64,000 bases of DNA from a virus (IMGVR_UViG_641201351_000001:1-64000), one strand, 5' to 3'; counted from the stretch's first letter, positions 1 through 9,954 are shown. Translations and numbers: made by a program. The notes: generated by a model from the sequence alone, not told the origin.

Positions 1-6
1 TTAAAT

Positions 7-1938
7 TTACCCCTTCAAAAATTCCTCAATCTTTTTTATTCTATCTTCTAACTCATCAATTTTCTTTTTCTTTTCTTTTAAGGCTTCAACTAAGAGTGCT
101 ACAACAGCGTTGTAGTTTAACTGTAAATAACCATTCTGATCTACATCAACTGCCTCAGGTAGGACATTCTGAACCTCCTGAGCAATCAACCCGGCCAAAC
201 GCTTACCTCTCATTTCAAAGGTATAACCGGTGATTTGCCCGAGTTTTTCTAAAGCGTCTTGAATTGGTTCAAGGTTGGTCTTAAACCTAGCATCGGAGGT
301 TTGGTACAGAGTGCCTTGTATCCACACATCTCCACTTACTATTAGGATTCCATTAACATATGTAGTTGTAAGTGATGTTGTTCCTAAAACATTCAAGTTT
401 CCTTGCAATTGTGTATTTCCGTTAACTAATAAGTCCTTATGGACTGTCAAATAATCTTCAATAACAAACTGGTCTGCACAAAATGTAAACTTTTTTACGC
501 CGTTTTTGTTGTTTTCTACTTTAAAACATCCGCTGGAAGAGTCAGCTAAAATGTCAACATAAGTAGAGTTTTCTACATGTGTGTTAAAAATTGATTTATA
601 AGAATCTGAAGATAACGTAATGTAGGAAAAAGAACTTTGTCTTTTGGTACCAAAAACTACTGATTGACCTCCACTTAAGGCATTTTTATAAGTAAAATCT
701 GTTCTTTTCAAGGAACCATCTTTATTTCCTCTTAAAAATAGTCCAAACGAGTAATCCTCTAAGCCGGAAGAGGATTTTTGTAAATTTTTAAAGCCCTCCT
801 TTTCCGCATTCAAAATAAGGACATGTTGATAGCTTTCCTTATAAAACTGTTCAAATAATAGTGAAGGATAGGTTGAGATAAAAGTTCTGTTAAATCCTTC
901 ACCTTTTTCTAACAAAATAGATGAACCATCATCGTTTCTTATTCTTAATTGACTTTTATTTTCAAAATTAATTGCTGCAAACTGTTGGTCCTTGCTTGTC
1001 TTTAAAAGTAGGAAAGAGTCATTTTTGCTTATCTTATAAAGACCAATTTTATTTCTTCCTAATTTTATTTCTCTGAACTCTTGCGCATAGAATATATCCT
1101 CTCCAAGATAACCATCTGCTTTTGTATTCAAAATTTCATCATAAGATGTTAGCGCTAAATTTTCGCCAACCTCTTCTTTAGCTTGGAGAAAAGGATATTT
1201 ATCTGTATCAACTTCTGTAAATAGGGTTATTTTTTTGTCTAACTTTAGTAGCTTATCTTGTTTATTTTGGGGCGAATATTCATGTGTAAAGTCAAATACT
1301 AAATCTGGTCTAAAGGGAAAGTTTTCGTCTTTATTTCTGTCTAATAAGTAGTCTTTGTAAGTTGGGTTTTCTGATAAGTGAAAAATATACTTTCTTGAAA
1401 TTTCGTCTTCGTTTTTATCGTTTAATATTTCCCAAAATTTTTCATCGTAGTTAAAGACATCATAACTTGACCTATAAAGGTCATAAGAAGGAAATTCAAC
1501 AAATCTTTTGTAAAGTGCATCTGGTTCTTTTTTTAGGTAAGAACCAGTATAGGTTAGATTTATAAGAGAAGAGTTGTAAGATTGACCAAAAGATTTTTTA
1601 TCAGAAAATTGAGGTATTGTTGGCTTAAATATAAACCTTTCGTTTTCTCTGTTTTCTTCATCAAATTTTTTATTTAATTTTGCAACAAAAATAGAATATC
1701 CAGCGCTTAAACGCTTTACAAGTATGTAATCTCCAGGTTCAACTGGTATTTCGTTTCTAAAAGGATGAAGTATCGTTATTATTTGTTGTGGTAAGTCTGT
1801 TCTTACACCTAATAGATAAAAATCTGGTTTTCCTTCCTCTGCTTCTTTATAATCAACAACCCTAGTAACTAATACTGGAAAATAGTCTTCACTTGAAGTA
1901 TATAGCGATAAAGTTTCTTTCGTGAAGTCTATAAGCAT
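7..1938 (-). CDS. Tail spike/fiber protein with beta-helix and C-terminal intramolecular chaperone (peptidase S74) domain
   Basis: C-terminal SDARFKTNLEPI...AGLIAQEVQNVLPEAV...LNYNAVVALLVEALKE plus coiled coil is a typical S74 autocleavage domain. It is preceded by VNGNTQLQGNLNVLG beta-solenoid repeats. Confidence 0.8.
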   Translation of the reverse strand: MLIDFTKETLSLYTSSEDYFPVLVTRVVDYKEAEEGKPDFYLLGVRTDLPQQIITILHPFRNEIPVEPGDYILVKRLSAGYSIFVAKLNKKFDEENRENERFIFKPTIPQFSDKKSFGQSYNSSLINLTYTGSYLKKEPDALYKRFVEFPSYDLYRSSYDVFNYDEKFWEILNDKNEDEISRKYIFHLSENPTYKDYLLDRNKDENFPFRPDLVFDFTHEYSPQNKQDKLLKLDKKITLFTEVDTDKYPFLQAKEEVGENLALTSYDEILNTKADGYLGEDIFYAQEFREIKLGRNKIGLYKISKNDSFLLLKTSKDQQFAAINFENKSQLRIRNDDGSSILLEKGEGFNRTFISTYPSLLFEQFYKESYQHVLILNAEKEGFKNLQKSSSGLEDYSFGLFLRGNKDGSLKRTDFTYKNALSGGQSVVFGTKRQSSFSYITLSSDSYKSIFNTHVENSTYVDILADSSSGCFKVENNKNGVKKFTFCADQFVIEDYLTVHKDLLVNGNTQLQGNLNVLGTTSLTTTYVNGILIVSGDVWIQGTLYQTSDARFKTNLEPIQDALEKLGQITGYTFEMRGKRLAGLIAQEVQNVLPEAVDVDQNGYLQLNYNAVVALLVEALKEKKKKIDELEDRIKKIEEFLKG

Positions 1939-1940
1939 AT

Positions 1941-4586
1941 TTAGTTAAAGGTTTCCTCGGAAGTAACTACTGAATTTCCTATCAAGGAGAAAGGAGTTAC
2001 TGCTACTCTAGGAGCATAAATTATTATAGCGTCTTTATTTTTGATTTTCACTTTTTTTATGTTTGCGGCAAGATTTTCTCCGTTATTCATATCAACAATA
2101 TAAATATCGCTAGTACCTTGTTTTGCTTTTACGCCAATACCGTAAATATACGGTTTGTAAATTTTGTAGCTTGTAGCTTTTTCATCAAAAGACAAAAGCA
2201 CATCGTGTATTGTTCTATAAAGCTCTTTTGGGGAATTTAGTTGTGGAACTACATACTTATCTCTTGCTTTTAATTCATAAATTATAGGAATTACTTCTTT
2301 CGAAGATTTGTCATAAACAAACATTCTTACATCTCCGATACCTCCATACTCCTCTTTTATGTAAAGAATGTATCTATTAGTACCAACTTCATATGCTTTA
2401 TATCTTATTTCTTGTATTTCTAGTCTTCTTTTTACCGATGAAGTTGAGTATTCTTTGTTATTGTATCTGTCATTCAAGTAGGTTTCTAAAATTTTTAAAA
2501 ATATCTTTTCAAATGCTCCTCCTTTGTATTTCATCCATACACTAATATTTGAAGATATTTGACTTAACTCTTTAATCATTAGCGAAGAAGTGATGTACAA
2601 AGAATGAAGATCTTTATAAAAATTCTTTATTAAACCACTATTTAGCAGCGTATTTATAATATCTCTATCCGTTAACGACCCATCAAAGAACTTATTTGCT
2701 AAAGTAAAGCTCAACTCAGCTATTCTATAAAGATGATCAAAGTCATCCAAATCATTTGGCGCTAAATTATTTGCCTCAGAAAAAATTTCATTTGGACTTT
2801 TTTCTCTTACTGTAAAGTCAAAAACTGGACCACTTTTATTTCTGTTATATTCATAATCAATTAGAGAAAGATACCTTAGGGATGCTGAAAGTAAATTTCT
2901 TCGCAAAATGTAAAAACTATTAGGTCCAGCTTGAAAAATTTCTTCATCTATTAACCTTTGTTCATCTTTAGGAAATAGGAGCTTTAATCCAAATAAATCC
3001 TTAATTAATTTATCTACTTCCTGAAAGGAGTGTTCGCCTTCAAAAACCTTGGGATATAATTGCTTCAAAAACAGGAAATCTAAAAAAGACAATCCAAGCG
3101 TGGGCGGTCTTGATATCATATCGTATAATACTGAATTTATGCTCTCTTTTACTAGAGTTTTGAAGTCTAAAGAATCTACAATGTTTGATATTTTTTTGGC
3201 TCTTTTTCCTGTTTTTTTCAAAAATCTTTTGTATTCCTCAATTTTATCAATTTCGTCCGCATCAAAAACCAAAAAATGTGTAACTACAAACGAAGATTCA
3301 AAGCCGTGAGAAAACGGCATGTAAACAAAAGTCTTTTCTATACTTTTCTTTTCTACTTCCTCATCTGAATATATCCTTGCTTTTATTGAAAACTCATCAG
3401 ATATTTTGTCGTAATTTAAGACTCTCAATATAGGTAAAAAATAGTTTTGTTGACCCTTATACTTATAATCAGTTTTCGGAACATATAAATTCTCCTTTCC
3501 TGGAAAGTATTTGGACACCTCAACAACAACATAGGTTCCATTTTCTAGTTCATAGTTAAAAACTCCGTTTCCAGCATATACAGAACTCTTAATTTTTTCC
3601 TTTATTCCCAAATCCTTTTTAACCAAGTTAAACAAAAATTCGGGATAAGAAACAAAAAACGCAAACATTCCTTTGTCAACAAACTCTTCGTGTATGGGAA
3701 CAGATATAAAATTACCTTTTCTAGAATTTAGAATTTTTTGAATTTGGCTTAGTAAAAGTTCCATTGGTAATTGATATTTCTTCTTTTTTTGCAAATCCTT
3801 TTCTTTTAAGAATTGTTCAGAAATTTCGTATAACTCATAAAACATTGATAACGATCTTCTTGAAAATTCAAATTGTCTTAGCGCATCATATATGTCGTAT
3901 AAAAACTTTCCTACGAAAAAACCTTCAGATTTCCGTTTTCCTAAAGCATCTTTAAATCGCTTATATATAGAATTGCCGTTTATTATTTGTTTTGATAAAT
4001 TTGACAAGCTTACACCAGAAGACAAAGATTTCCTTAAATCTCCTTTTAGAGAAACAAGTGATAAAAGTGTTTTTAAATAATCTGTCAGATCTTGAGCTGA
4101 ATTTAAAAACTTTACTTCTTCTTTGCTCAAATTTGTCTTTCCTCTAATTTCTAAAACTGCTTTCTCTACAAGCTCTCTAAGGTTTTCAGTCGAATGTTCT
4201 AAAAATTCTATACTTGATTCCCATAAATCTTCTATATCTACTTCATCACTACTCTCTAGAAATGAAGAAAGCTTTAACGCTGATTGAATTGTTTTTATCT
4301 CGCTTTTAAGTTGAGTATTTATTTGTCTTTTTGTTTGTGTTTTTTTCGTGTTTTCCTTAACGGAACTCTGTTGCGGCATTGGAGAAAGCAAGACGTTTTG
4401 ATTTGTAAAAGAAACATCTACTAATTCCCAATCTTCATCTAACAAAACACCTTTCCAACCGGGAGAAGATTCTGGGGGAAAAAACATTCCTGTAGGCTTA
4501 TGAAGCAAAATATAGCCTGGTGGAACCTTTTTAACCACCTGTTTTCCATCTTCTCTGATTTTTATAAACTCATTAGAGTTCTCCAT
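1941..4586 (-). CDS. Large hypothetical protein (881 aa), possibly virion-associated
   Basis: Long ORF coupled between the portal and the tail spike; no motif recognised. Confidence 0.6.
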   Translation of the reverse strand: MENSNEFIKIREDGKQVVKKVPPGYILLHKPTGMFFPPESSPGWKGVLLDEDWELVDVSFTNQNVLLSPMPQQSSVKENTKKTQTKRQINTQLKSEIKTIQSALKLSSFLESSDEVDIEDLWESSIEFLEHSTENLRELVEKAVLEIRGKTNLSKEEVKFLNSAQDLTDYLKTLLSLVSLKGDLRKSLSSGVSLSNLSKQIINGNSIYKRFKDALGKRKSEGFFVGKFLYDIYDALRQFEFSRRSLSMFYELYEISEQFLKEKDLQKKKKYQLPMELLLSQIQKILNSRKGNFISVPIHEEFVDKGMFAFFVSYPEFLFNLVKKDLGIKEKIKSSVYAGNGVFNYELENGTYVVVEVSKYFPGKENLYVPKTDYKYKGQQNYFLPILRVLNYDKISDEFSIKARIYSDEEVEKKSIEKTFVYMPFSHGFESSFVVTHFLVFDADEIDKIEEYKRFLKKTGKRAKKISNIVDSLDFKTLVKESINSVLYDMISRPPTLGLSFLDFLFLKQLYPKVFEGEHSFQEVDKLIKDLFGLKLLFPKDEQRLIDEEIFQAGPNSFYILRRNLLSASLRYLSLIDYEYNRNKSGPVFDFTVREKSPNEIFSEANNLAPNDLDDFDHLYRIAELSFTLANKFFDGSLTDRDIINTLLNSGLIKNFYKDLHSLYITSSLMIKELSQISSNISVWMKYKGGAFEKIFLKILETYLNDRYNNKEYSTSSVKRRLEIQEIRYKAYEVGTNRYILYIKEEYGGIGDVRMFVYDKSSKEVIPIIYELKARDKYVVPQLNSPKELYRTIHDVLLSFDEKATSYKIYKPYIYGIGVKAKQGTSDIYIVDMNNGENLAANIKKVKIKNKDAIIIYAPRVAVTPFSLIGNSVVTSEETFN

Positions 4587-7410
4587 ACTTTTTCTTAATA
4601 AACTCTTTTACATAATCTCTTGCTTCTTGCCTTTCTAGTTGTTCACCTAGAAGAGATTTAAAAACAAAGCTCTTCATAAATATATTATCAACTTCTTCAG
4701 ATATACTTTCTACTAAGTTCATATAATCATCAAAGTTTTCTGCTACAAAAACAAAGTTTATATTTTTGTTTTGGCCGAAAGAAGAAATTAATGAGCCGAT
4801 AGTACCAAGCAAACGAATTTTTTCAAATTCGCAATCAATGCTAATTGTTTCGATAAAGTATGACAGCGATGCGATCACTTCTCTGATTTTGTCGTAGCTA
4901 AAACTCAATAACCAATGAACCATATGATTGGTTTCAAAATTTTCTACTTGCACACCCAATAGCATTTCTAAAACGCCTTTGCAAGAGGCAACTAAGCTAT
5001 TAATTTTTTCTACACCAAGTTCTTCTATCAAAGAAAATAGAAGGAACAATGAGTGAGGTGTAGCTTTGTAGCTGTCAACAAGACTAAATAGTTCTCCTTC
5101 TACGAAAAACTTCTTCTTTAGCAAATTAACGAGATTTTCTAACTCTTCATATGGAGCTACTAATAATTTTTCTACATCATCCAAATAATCAAAGCTGTCA
5201 TAGTTTTTCTTCTTTATTGAATCGCCAAGTTGAGAATATTTTAATAGGTCAATATCTTTAAAATTCTTAAACTCCAACCAATCAAAAACAATCTCTAGCT
5301 TGGTTGGCTTTTTCGTAGTACAACTTAATAGTTCATCTAATCTCGTAAATTTTTCTACAGAATTTATCGGAGAACAAACTGAAAGGTTTGCAAAAACATA
5401 TCTTTTGTCTTTATCTGAATAAAACTCAACTTTAGGCACAGTATGACAATCAAAGTGTGTTGCTATTAATCCAAAAGTTTCTCTATGGTCTAATGAATTT
5501 TTCCCCAATAGCCTAAGAACAATGTCTTTTTCTGTTGCGTAGATTGTTTCATCTTCAACTAGAGAATTATACTTAAAACTCAAAATGTCTTTTGCGCTTA
5601 CTTCAACATCTGTTTGGCTGTTATTTTCTATAAACTCACTTACAGAGTCCAAACCTACAGATTTCAAAACTCTTGTAAGAAGTTCTTTTTCTTTTAGATA
5701 ATTATCATCGTTAGTAAGTTCTATTACCTGTTTGAGATTTTCCGAGGCGTTAGCGTCTAAAGATTTAAATAAATTTCTAAGAACTTCTAATCCAGCATTT
5801 TTTTGCTCAGAGGGAACACTACTATTTTCGTCTACTCCTCCTCCTTGTTGGGAAGGCTGATCTGCCATTGCCTGTGCAAGCTGAGGAGGCATAGCGCCTT
5901 GTTGCGCTTTAGCCTGTTCGTCCTCAGGCTTCCAATTTCTTAAACCAGAGAAAGGTACATCTCCCCAAGGTACAGGTTCTAAGCCCTTTTCCATTCTCGC
6001 CTCATTTATTGACCTGAATCCTGTATTTAATTGTCCTTGAATTATATTCCACCAATCTCTTTCTTTTTCTAAATCGTCTTCTTTAAACCACAATTTTATG
6101 TCTTTTTCATTTCTAAACTCACTAACTACCTCATCAAAACCCTTAGAAATAGTAGCCATAAGAGGTTCTAGACCCTTTGCTTTGGTTAGTGAAGCCATTA
6201 CTTCTGCTGTTGCTTTATTTGAACCTTCAAGAATACCAACATCTTGAGGAGATACTTGATATACAGCGCAAATTTTTCTAGCAACAAATTCTGCAAGTTC
6301 TTTAAACTGCATATCTCTTCTTTTTCCTTTAAAGTCTATCCAGGTAAATTTTCCACCAGAGAGAATAGGAACTTGCGTATAATCGCCCATCATTATTGCT
6401 TGAAGCTGTCTTTGTATAGATTCTAGCTGTTCTCTAGATAGTTGTGGATAAATATCTCCTTCTTTATAAGAAGGAGGTTCAATAGCTAAAATACCTTCTG
6501 GTATGCTTCCTCCCTTTCTGTAATAGTCTAGGTTTCCTTTGTCTATAAAAATATCTGAAAGTATTACTTTATAAAGAATTTCAATTGGCGGCAAGGAGTA
6601 GCCATACATGTAAACATCTGGTGTAAGGTTTTGTCTAAATAAAACAACATCTCGCTTATCAAAGTGGGCAACAATAGCTCCATCTACTTCTTGGACATAG
6701 CCAACCACAATTCCTGTGTCTTCACTTAAAATCGGTTTTATTGTCGTGCCATCTACTGGTGTTATAGCAACTAAATTGCCCTGTTCATCCCTAATTTTTA
6801 CTATTGCTCCTCTATCTATTGTCAAGATATCATCTAACACCATTCCAAGAAGGTATTCCCAACTATTTACCTCTGAAAAATAAGGATCTGGTCTTTCTAA
6901 AAATTCCAATATATTTCTAGCATCTCTTATTCTCTTTAAATAATAGTTCACATGTTTATCCTCTATATGTTTGTATATTTCCAGCTCTTTACTAGTAAGT
7001 TTTTTTGGTATTTCACTAACTTTAATAAGCTTGCTATCGTTGTTAAAACGATACTTTCTGAAAAGATTTATTAGAAAGAAAGCATCTGGATCACTAATTG
7101 AAGGAAGATACATCAAACTTTCTGGTGAGTATTCAAACAGGTTAAACTTAAAAGGAGGTTCTTGATGATTATAAGGAACTATGATTTTTTCCTTTTTTAA
7201 TACCTGATTTTTTCTAAAAATAATAATCGAATAAACTACTGTGCTATTCCAAGCTAGCGCTCTATATGTCAGTAAAGGCTTAAATCCTGGATAATCTTTT
7301 CCCCTAGAAAGAGAATCTACATTGGCCTTTATATTTGAACTAAAACTCGGCCTCTTTTGCTCGTTTGCATTTACTATAAATCCCTTGATGATGTTTTCCA
7401 AGCTTTTCAT
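4573..7410 (-). CDS. Portal protein with long C-terminal extension
   Basis: HK97/Twort-like portal motifs: LERPDPY, DDILTIDRG, PVDGTTIK, YGYSLPPIE, RDMQFKEL, ICAVYQVSPQDVG, SINEARMEKGLEPVPWGD. GGGAG RBS. Confidence 0.88.
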   Translation of the reverse strand: MKSLENIIKGFIVNANEQKRPSFSSNIKANVDSLSRGKDYPGFKPLLTYRALAWNSTVVYSIIIFRKNQVLKKEKIIVPYNHQEPPFKFNLFEYSPESLMYLPSISDPDAFFLINLFRKYRFNNDSKLIKVSEIPKKLTSKELEIYKHIEDKHVNYYLKRIRDARNILEFLERPDPYFSEVNSWEYLLGMVLDDILTIDRGAIVKIRDEQGNLVAITPVDGTTIKPILSEDTGIVVGYVQEVDGAIVAHFDKRDVVLFRQNLTPDVYMYGYSLPPIEILYKVILSDIFIDKGNLDYYRKGGSIPEGILAIEPPSYKEGDIYPQLSREQLESIQRQLQAIMMGDYTQVPILSGGKFTWIDFKGKRRDMQFKELAEFVARKICAVYQVSPQDVGILEGSNKATAEVMASLTKAKGLEPLMATISKGFDEVVSEFRNEKDIKLWFKEDDLEKERDWWNIIQGQLNTGFRSINEARMEKGLEPVPWGDVPFSGLRNWKPEDEQAKAQQGAMPPQLAQAMADQPSQQGGGVDENSSVPSEQKNAGLEVLRNLFKSLDANASENLKQVIELTNDDNYLKEKELLTRVLKSVGLDSVSEFIENNSQTDVEVSAKDILSFKYNSLVEDETIYATEKDIVLRLLGKNSLDHRETFGLIATHFDCHTVPKVEFYSDKDKRYVFANLSVCSPINSVEKFTRLDELLSCTTKKPTKLEIVFDWLEFKNFKDIDLLKYSQLGDSIKKKNYDSFDYLDDVEKLLVAPYEELENLVNLLKKKFFVEGELFSLVDSYKATPHSLFLLFSLIEELGVEKINSLVASCKGVLEMLLGVQVENFETNHMVHWLLSFSYDKIREVIASLSYFIETISIDCEFEKIRLLGTIGSLISSFGQNKNINFVFVAENFDDYMNLVESISEEVDNIFMKSFVFKSLLGEQLERQEARDYVKEFIKKKYGEL

Positions 7411-7411
7411 A

Positions 7412-8068
7412 TCAATCTCCCAAAATAGCTATCCCAGATATGTGTATAAAGGGGATCTCGTTTCTAAAAACCTCATTAATATATTTTACGAAAAGTTTAT
7501 CTTCTAGTATCCTTTTTACTTGTGGATTGCTCACTTTGTTTTTTACTGAAACAAAAATTTCCATAGTATTACTTGAGTTTACTATATAATCTTCATTAAA
7601 AATTCCATTTTCCATATCCAAGATATTTATCTCTACATCTGAAAACTTAGAAACGCAAAACTCGTCATCGTAATATTTTTCTAAGCAAAGTTTTAAAAAG
7701 GCATCAAAAAGTATATAATTTACCAACCCACTTCTTGTCGTGTTTTTCTTAAAAAACCCTTCGTAGTAATAAGGAGAAGACACTTTTAGATTAAACGATT
7801 TTGAAATATCTGATAACCTAGTAGAATCAAAATAGTTTCCTGAGTTTGTGTAGTTATTAAATTTTATCTTTTCTTTAAACTTAGAAAAGTTTTCTTCTTT
7901 GACAAAAAAGACCCTTGACCTAAGAAGAATATAAAGCGAAATGTACAAAGAGTATATAGATTGGGCAAATAAAAAAAGTAATTTTCTAAGATTTTTAAAT
8001 CTCTTTGTCCTTGAATAATCTGATTCTTGATAGTTGTTAAAAGTTATTTCTACTTTAAGCTTTTCCAC
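7412..8068 (-). CDS. Hypothetical protein
   Basis: 218-aa ORF; GTG start 7 nt after a TAAAAT hexamer; first gene of the portal operon. Confidence 0.6.
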   Translation of the reverse strand: MEKLKVEITFNNYQESDYSRTKRFKNLRKLLFLFAQSIYSLYISLYILLRSRVFFVKEENFSKFKEKIKFNNYTNSGNYFDSTRLSDISKSFNLKVSSPYYYEGFFKKNTTRSGLVNYILFDAFLKLCLEKYYDDEFCVSKFSDVEINILDMENGIFNEDYIVNSSNTMEIFVSVKNKVSNPQVKRILEDKLFVKYINEVFRNEIPFIHISGIAILGD

Positions 8069-8084
8069 TAAAACTATTTTAACA
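8069..8084 (-). promoter_or_regulatory. Extended -10 promoter, leaderless (TGT-TAAAAT-7nt-GTG)
   Basis: Reverse complement of 8076-8084 is TGTTAAAAT; no SD before the GTG at 8068. Confidence 0.6.
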
Positions 8085-8095
8085 GAACAAACCGT

Positions 8096-8488
8096 TTAAA
8101 TCTCGTCGCTTATCTTTATCTTATACATTCCCCGCTTGTTTATCCCTCTTTTTAGTATTTTTATGTCATCTATAACAAAGTTTTCTTTCAAAATCGACAA
8201 AGCTTTGATATGATTAAAGCTATTTCCGCAAGTGTAAATATCTAAAGAAACATATCCTTCATCTATCCAGTAGTGCCAAGAAAGGTGAGATTCGCCCAAA
8301 AGACAAACTCCAGAAGAAGCTTCGTTAGGAAAAACAAAGTGTTTACAATCTATTATTGTTGCGTTTGATTCTTTTAGCAAATCGTAGAAGAAAAATTTCA
8401 ATTTATCGCCCCTAAAATCTTTACCTTCCATAACTCTTAACTCTAATATGACATGAGTGCCCTCAGTAGGAACCTGCTTATTTTTCAC
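8096..8488 (-). CDS. speD: S-adenosylmethionine decarboxylase proenzyme (pyruvoyl-dependent)
   Basis: GTHVILEL, GVCLLGE/SHLSWHYW autocleavage site, LDIYTCG. Start moved to GTG 8488, which lies 6 nt after TATAAT. Confidence 0.85.
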   Translation of the reverse strand: MKNKQVPTEGTHVILELRVMEGKDFRGDKLKFFFYDLLKESNATIIDCKHFVFPNEASSGVCLLGESHLSWHYWIDEGYVSLDIYTCGNSFNHIKALSILKENFVIDDIKILKRGINKRGMYKIKISDEI

Positions 8489-8510
8489 AAAAAAATTATA
8501 CAATTTTGTT

Positions 8511-8552
8511 AAAAAAATTAACCCCCACACAGGTTTGTGTGGAGGTTAATTT
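8511..8552 (-). terminator. Intrinsic terminator
   Basis: ATTAACCCCCACAC-AGGTTT-GTGTGGAGGTTAAT hairpin, followed by a T7 run on the minus strand downstream of the Hc1-like gene. Confidence 0.7.
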
Positions 8553-8563
8553 GTAAACTTACT

Positions 8564-8788
8564 TTACTCTACAGTATTTACTGGTTCAAATTCAATTTCC
8601 TTGAGAAGCTTTCTAGACTCCTTAAGAAGCTTTTCAAGCGCTAGAGTATTCTTGCGAAGCCTTTGCCTTGCTACCTTCTTGCCCTTCTGGGTAAGCTCTC
8701 TAAAGTTCTTCTGCAGGGCAATAAACTCCTCTTCTACAGCCACCATCAGATCGTCCAGCCTGTCTACTCCTTTTACCCTGTATCGCAT
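8564..8788 (-). CDS. Histone H1-like Hc1-family DNA-binding protein
   Basis: KGKKVARQRLRKNTLALEKLLKESRK matches the Hc1 core (KGNKAAxxRxRKxSLxLEKLLKEFRK). Strong GGGAGGAAG RBS. Confidence 0.65.
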   Translation of the reverse strand: MRYRVKGVDRLDDLMVAVEEEFIALQKNFRELTQKGKKVARQRLRKNTLALEKLLKESRKLLKEIEFEPVNTVE

Positions 8789-8800
8789 GTTTCTTCCTCC

Positions 8801-9412
8801 CTAAATCAGGAACTCATCTCCGAGTTCCTTTGCTTCATCATTATACACCAAATTCTCTTCATCTGAGTTGCTATTTACTGTTTTGCCTTCAGCACCAGCA
8901 AGTTCTACGAAAACATAATCAGCGATTATAGAAAACTTATTTTTGTAATTTTCCAATATGCCGTCAATCATTAGTTTCTTTCCAATCATACTTTTATCTA
9001 CATGTATTCCTCTGCTGTTGAAAAGCGTTACAAAAATTCTAGTAGACTTTTTTCTTGTAGTTTCAATTAGTAGCCTCTTACGATTGCCATTATCATAAAC
9101 TCCAACCAAAGTACCAGAAATTGTAGCAAACCTTTTATCTTTTTGGGGATATGAAGAAAATGAAATTGATGTTGCATAAATATAGTCCTCCTTTTCACCA
9201 TTTGACAACATCCCGTACACTAAAGCGTACAAAGAAGCTTTTTGATTCAAGCTACTTACAACCTTTTCCTTAACTATAGAAAAGTCCATTGGAACTAATA
9301 CTGGAAAAACATTTTTCTCAACTTCAACCATAAGTACATCATTTCTAGCATCTACAAGCTTTCCAGCTAACAAAGTGCTGTTTTTGTCGTACTTAAACTT
9401 AAATGTGTCCAC
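8801..9412 (-). CDS. ssb: Single-stranded DNA-binding protein with two tandem OB folds
   Basis: Two repeats of [L/I]xGxLV...hhhGxL...hhA OB pattern and an acidic tail DEAKELGDEFLI. Start likely GTG 9412 after AAAGGGGG (ORF track: 9451). Confidence 0.6.
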   Translation of the reverse strand: MDTFKFKYDKNSTLLAGKLVDARNDVLMVEVEKNVFPVLVPMDFSIVKEKVVSSLNQKASLYALVYGMLSNGEKEDYIYATSISFSSYPQKDKRFATISGTLVGVYDNGNRKRLLIETTRKKSTRIFVTLFNSRGIHVDKSMIGKKLMIDGILENYKNKFSIIADYVFVELAGAEGKTVNSNSDEENLVYNDEAKELGDEFLI

Positions 9413-9920
9413 TAGAACCAAACCCCCTTTCTCCCCTTTCTGTGTTGGCATATTTATTTAAAAATTCTTCCTCACTTACTTCAACCATTTCAAAAAATGA
9501 CCTACTATCATATCCAATTAACACCAACTGTGCCACAGCAACATCATTCCTAATGTTAAATATTCCTGTACTATAAAATTTTAGTCCAACTTTTATTGGA
9601 CCACGATATGAGCTATCAATCACCCCATGAAACACATCTACTCCAGACTTGAAGAAATTGCCGCTCCTACCAAATATAACTCCGTGAATACCTTTGGGTA
9701 ATGCAATTTTATATGGAGTAGTAACAAAGACATAAGAACCAGGATAAAGAACAAGAAGACTTACCTCATCATTAGAAACCTTTTTAATACGAATTAATTT
9801 TTCGTCTTTAATTTCAACAGTTGAAACATCAGGAAACAAATCAATACCAGCATTTTCCAAAATGTTAACCTTCAAATCCTTGACCGATTTATTTAGCTTA
9901 ATGTAGGGGATTTTGGTCAT
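9399..9920 (-). CDS. dut: dUTPase (trimeric)
   Basis: AGIDL, GRSG, GVIDSSYRGPI, AQLV, RGERGFGSSG. Start ATG 9920 after GGAGGTGGAG. Confidence 0.93.
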   Translation of the reverse strand: MTKIPYIKLNKSVKDLKVNILENAGIDLFPDVSTVEIKDEKLIRIKKVSNDEVSLLVLYPGSYVFVTTPYKIALPKGIHGVIFGRSGNFFKSGVDVFHGVIDSSYRGPIKVGLKFYSTGIFNIRNDVAVAQLVLIGYDSRSFFEMVEVSEEEFLNKYANTERGERGFGSSGHI

Positions 9921-9954
9921 CTCCACCTCCGTTACCAGCATAGCACCAAACGGC

